NCBI GenBank assembly: GCA_963842945.1
Contig: CAWJIM010000019.1
Location: forward strand, 256,001-320,000
Direction: 5' to 3'
Source of the DNA: an uncultured Gemmatimonadales bacterium
GTDB lineage: Bacteria > Gemmatimonadota > Gemmatimonadetes > Gemmatimonadales > GWC2-71-9
Length of the DNA: 64,000 nt
Under the pieces are notes generated by a model that worked only from the letters and a program-made list of their open reading frames with translations, did no database searches and was not told the origin of the DNA. The first letter of the stretch is position 1. Every line of letters starts with the position of its first letter. Below are positions 60,666-64,000 of this stretch, one piece after another. Position numbers and translations under genes: made by a program.

Positions 60666-61253
60666 ATGGTCACGGCGCTGCGTGCGGTCGTGCTTGCAGG
60701 TCTCTTGTTCTTGCCCTCCCAACGCAGCGCCACCGCCGTACAGGCAGGGGGCGACACCACCGCCTTGGATTTCCTGGGCTTTCGCCCGGGAGCTCGCCTG
60801 GAGGAGCTGGATTCTCGGCTCCAGAGCAGCAGCGGCTCGCTGCGCTGCCGACAATCCCGGGCGGATCGCCGGGTTTCGGAGTGCCGTGGGGCGCTGCCCA
60901 AAGGCAAAGACCAGCCGCGGGTGGACGTCTGGGTCTCCGCGATCGACAGTCTTGCCGGGGTGATGATGTTGTCCGGGAAAGTCGACTCGGCGCAGCTGGG
61001 GAACTGGCGGGACACTCTCCAAAGCCGCTACGGCAAAGTGGTCACCCGGGTGCAGGGCACCCAGCGCATGCTGCAGTGGGTGCGCCGGGGACGAATGATT
61101 CGGCTGACCTGGCGCATGGAGGGCGGGGCTCAAGTGGCATCGGTGAGTCTGGTGGATGGACGGGTGCTCGATAACTGGGGACGCTCCAGCAGAATCGGCC
61201 GGCCCCAGCGGCCAGCAGAGCCCGACACTCAGCCCCCGAGCCGGACGAGATAA
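60666..61253 (+). CDS. Hypothetical secreted protein
   Basis: Signal peptide; 195 aa. Confidence 0.6.
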   Translation: MVTALRAVVLAGLLFLPSQRSATAVQAGGDTTALDFLGFRPGARLEELDSRLQSSSGSLRCRQSRADRRVSECRGALPKGKDQPRVDVWVSAIDSLAGVMMLSGKVDSAQLGNWRDTLQSRYGKVVTRVQGTQRMLQWVRRGRMIRLTWRMEGGAQVASVSLVDGRVLDNWGRSSRIGRPQRPAEPDTQPPSRTR

Positions 61254-61513
61254 CTGCCGTCGGTGTCCTCGAGCAGAAAGTCCCGAACCACGCCACCCGA
61301 CTCCTTCAGTGCGCGGAGCAGGCTTCGGATCCGGGTCCGAACCGGCGCGCCGCCTCCGGCTCGGCCCCGGCCGGTAATCAGCCGGACCACGCCCCCCGGC
61401 CTGGCTCTCGCCTGGGCACGCAGAAAGCGTTCGGCGTTGGTGACGGCATCGAGGACGGTCTGACCGTGGAGGTCGAACGTCGCGTCGGGGCTGCGATCGG
61501 TCCAATCAGGCAT
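61229..61513 (-). CDS. Smr/MutS2 C-terminal domain protein
   Basis: FDLHGQT...RLITGRG...GSYLVRL. Confidence 0.85.
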   Translation of the reverse strand: MPDWTDRSPDATFDLHGQTVLDAVTNAERFLRAQARARPGGVVRLITGRGRAGGGAPVRTRIRSLLRALKESGGVVRDFLLEDTDGSYLVRLGG

Positions 61514-61525
61514 GGTGCGAAACCT

Positions 61526-62638
61526 ATGAAGAAAGTGCTGGCCGGATTGCTCGTGATGGTAATGGGCGCGTGCCATCTCTCGCGCGAGCCCATCCGAATC
61601 GGGCTGGCCGGGTCGCTGAGCGATCCCGTAGGCATTCCCATGAAGCGAGCCGCCGAGCTGGCGGTGGAGGAGATCAACGCCAAGGGCGGAGTGCAGGGTC
61701 GCCCTCTGGAGTTGATCGAGCGGGACGACTACGCCGACCCGGATTCGGCGGTCTTCGTGGCCAGCGATCTCTACGACGCCGGCGTGTCCGCTGTGATAGG
61801 CCACGTCTTCTCCGGAACCACTCTCGCCGCCTCTCCGGTCTACAACGGCGGACCGGATCCGGTCGCGGCAATCTCGCCGTCTTCGAGTTCTCCCGAAATC
61901 TCCACCGCGGGCGATTACACCTTTCGCATCTGTCCCAGCGATCTGGCCCACGGCATCGCCCTGGCGCGCTGGGTCCATGACTCGCTCGGACTGCAGCGCG
62001 GGGCCGTGTTGTACTTGAACGACCAGTATGGCCGCGGCATTCGCCAGATGTTCGTGCGGGATTACATCCGGCGAGGCGGCCAGCTGGTCGCCATCGATCC
62101 CTATCTCGGTGATACGCCCGATGTCGGGCCCTATCTCGATCGAATGCTAAAGGCGGGCCGGGTCCAGTTTCTGGTGGTGGCGGGTAACCGGGCGGAGGCC
62201 GAAGAGGTCCTGCGCCAGGCCCGAAGCCGGGGATTGCAGATGCCGGTGCTCGGCGGCGACGGGCTCGAGGGAATCGAGGAAGCGGGTGCGATCGCGGACG
62301 GGGTCTACTTGTCGTCCGCGTATTTGCCCACCCTGGAGACGGCGTCGAATCGCGCGTTTCTCCAGGCTTACCGCAAGAAATTTCCCAAAGCCGGCCTGCC
62401 CAACCAGCCCGCTGCCGCCACCTATGATGCCGTCTACCTGCTGCGCGATGTCTTCGCCCGTGCGGGGTCAAAGCGCGCCGATGTGCGCCGGGTGCTGGCT
62501 CAAATCGGGACCACTCTGCCGGCGTTCAACGGGGTGACTGGAAAAGTGGCCTTCGACATGCGCGGGGACGTACCGAATCAGGCGGTGTACATCGGCGTGG
62601 TACGAGACGGCGAGGTGCGTCTGGCGAGCCATCGATGA
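61526..62638 (+). CDS. LivJ/LivK-like periplasmic binding lipoprotein
   Basis: IRIG..., [46 protein letters not shown]. Confidence 0.9.
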   Translation: MKKVLAGLLVMVMGACHLSREPIRIGLAGSLSDPVGIPMKRAAELAVEEINAKGGVQGRPLELIERDDYADPDSAVFVASDLYDAGVSAVIGHVFSGTTLAASPVYNGGPDPVAAISPSSSSPEISTAGDYTFRICPSDLAHGIALARWVHDSLGLQRGAVLYLNDQYGRGIRQMFVRDYIRRGGQLVAIDPYLGDTPDVGPYLDRMLKAGRVQFLVVAGNRAEAEEVLRQARSRGLQMPVLGGDGLEGIEEAGAIADGVYLSSAYLPTLETASNRAFLQAYRKKFPKAGLPNQPAAATYDAVYLLRDVFARAGSKRADVRRVLAQIGTTLPAFNGVTGKVAFDMRGDVPNQAVYIGVVRDGEVRLASHR

Positions 62639-64000
62639 GCGTGCTCCGAAGCCTTCGAAGCCGGGTCGTAGGGGGGATGGCCATCCTCCTGGCGCTGGTG
62701 TTTGGTCTCGCGCTGCTGGGAGTGAATTCCATCGATGCCCTGGATCGGTCAGTGGACCAGGAGCTATCGCTCCTGCTGGAAAGCACCGACCTGAGCAACG
62801 GCCTGATCGCCTCACTCAGCTCCGAGGTTCGGGCAGCCGAGCAGTATCTGATGATTCCCTCGGAGACGTCGCGTAGACGCTTTCTGGACGAAGGTGATTC
62901 GGCCTACGTGTATCACCGCCGCTACCGGATCCTGGGCGCGCTGACCACGTCCGATCGGTACATCGTCAACAAGATTGCCGCCAATCAGGCCCAGCTCGAG
63001 GTCTCTTATGCCCGGGCCCATGCCCTGGCAGATCTGGGTCGGACTGATGATGCCCGACGCGAAGCGGAGTTGGCCCGGGCCCCCGCGGACACGCTTCTGG
63101 GTGACGTGCGTGCGCTCGCATTGGCGCAGACCAACCGGTCCATGGTTCGGGCCACTGAGCTCCGGCGCAACGCAAGCCACCGCCGGCTGATGCTGTGGGC
63201 CCTGCTGTTCATCTCCCTGGCGCTCGGTGCCGCTACGTCGATCCTGACGGTCCGCTGGGTCGACCTGCCGCTCCGCCGTTTGATTGGCGCCGCCGACCGA
63301 TTCGGTGCCGGCGATCTGCGTCGGGTGCAGCTGGGGAATATGCCCACCGAACTGGAGCAGCTTGCCCGAGCCATGGACAGCATGGCAGCGCGGCTCCGCG
63401 GCGTCGTGGTCTCCGTCGTGAACGAAGCCAGTCAGATCGGCAACAGCGCAACCGACTTCTCCGCCATGAGCGAGGAGCTCGCCGCCAGCAGCGGCCAAAT
63501 CTCGACCGCCATGGTCCGGATCGCTACGAGCGCCGAACAGCAGGTGCGAGGAATGGAGAAGGCCGACGCGCTGCTCATGAGCCTTCGTCAGATTGCAGAG
63601 ACCAACGCGACGGCGGCGTCCCGCGTGGTGGAGCTGGGCGGTCGTATCCGGCAGCTTGCCGCCCGGCACAAGGGCGATGTGGGCGCAGCCGGTCAGACGT
63701 TGCTGGACATCCAGAAGATCGTCGCCACTTCAGCCCAACAGGTTCAGGAGCTCACCCGGCTGTCTGAGCCGATCACCGCCTTCATCGATCTCATTCGGCA
63801 GATCTCATCCCAGACCAACCTGCTGGCTCTGAATGCGGCGATCGAAGCCGCCCGGGCCGGCGAGCATGGTCGGGGCTTCGCCGTCGTAGCAGAAGAGGTT
63901 AGGCGGCTGGCCGACTCCAGCTCCAGCGCGGCGGAAGAGGTGGCCAAGACCGTCCAGTTTATCCGAAAACAGGTCCGCGAGGTGGCCGGCACGATGGACG
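62635..64000 (+). CDS. Methyl-accepting chemotaxis protein, 3'-partial
   Basis: ATG overlaps SBP stop; TM-periplasmic-[40 protein letters not shown] in frame; open to window end. Confidence 0.93.
   Translation, partial: MSVLRSLRSRVVGGMAILLALVFGLALLGVNSIDALDRSVDQELSLLLESTDLSNGLIASLSSEVRAAEQYLMIPSETSRRRFLDEGDSAYVYHRRYRILGALTTSDRYIVNKIAANQAQLEVSYARAHALADLGRTDDARREAELARAPADTLLGDVRALALAQTNRSMVRATELRRNASHRRLMLWALLFISLALGAATSILTVRWVDLPLRRLIGAADRFGAGDLRRVQLGNMPTELEQLARAMDSMAARLRGVVVSVVNEASQIGNSATDFSAMSEELAASSGQISTAMVRIATSAEQQVRGMEKADALLMSLRQIAETNATAASRVVELGGRIRQLAARHKGDVGAAGQTLLDIQKIVATSAQQVQELTRLSEPITAFIDLIRQISSQTNLLALNAAIEAARAGEHGRGFAVVAEEVRRLADSSSSAAEEVAKTVQFIRKQVREVAGTMD

Overview
GC-rich bacterial chromosome segment. 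The gene repertoire suggests Gemmatimonadota, but that is an inference and not provable here. Many single-base frameshifts in core genes (glpD, kgd/sucA, tal, glnA and others) point to uncorrected long-read indels rather than pseudogenes. Housekeeping blocks lie at 1-16.8 kb (glpD, kgd, tkt-tal-dicarboxylate symporter, M61 peptidase, orphan rpsD, pal-like) and 32-64 kb (B12 radical SAM, glnA, mqnD, HEAT-GT2-regulator operon, htpX/lemA, ogt, csp, SBP-MCP). Between them is a ~15 kb accessory region at the 3' end of a minus-strand tRNA-Cys(GCA). This region is a tandem array of small islands separated by exact 42-bp copies of the tRNA 3' half. Each copy has a tRNA terminator and conserved 11-bp-periodic arm-type repeats, and no integrase is visible anywhere in the window. 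Island cargo includes a head-to-head pair of Ig-like lipoproteins with Cys-bounded variable loops, a DUF4412-TonB_C fusion and a sigma54 regulon with a duplicated promoter/enhancer. Other notable items are an AraC / small-lipopeptide / TPR module with a 21-bp tandem operator (candidate peptide signalling), a ~420-nt highly structured unassigned RNA with promoter and terminator next to DnaA-box-like repeats, and a two-copy unannotated small-protein family.
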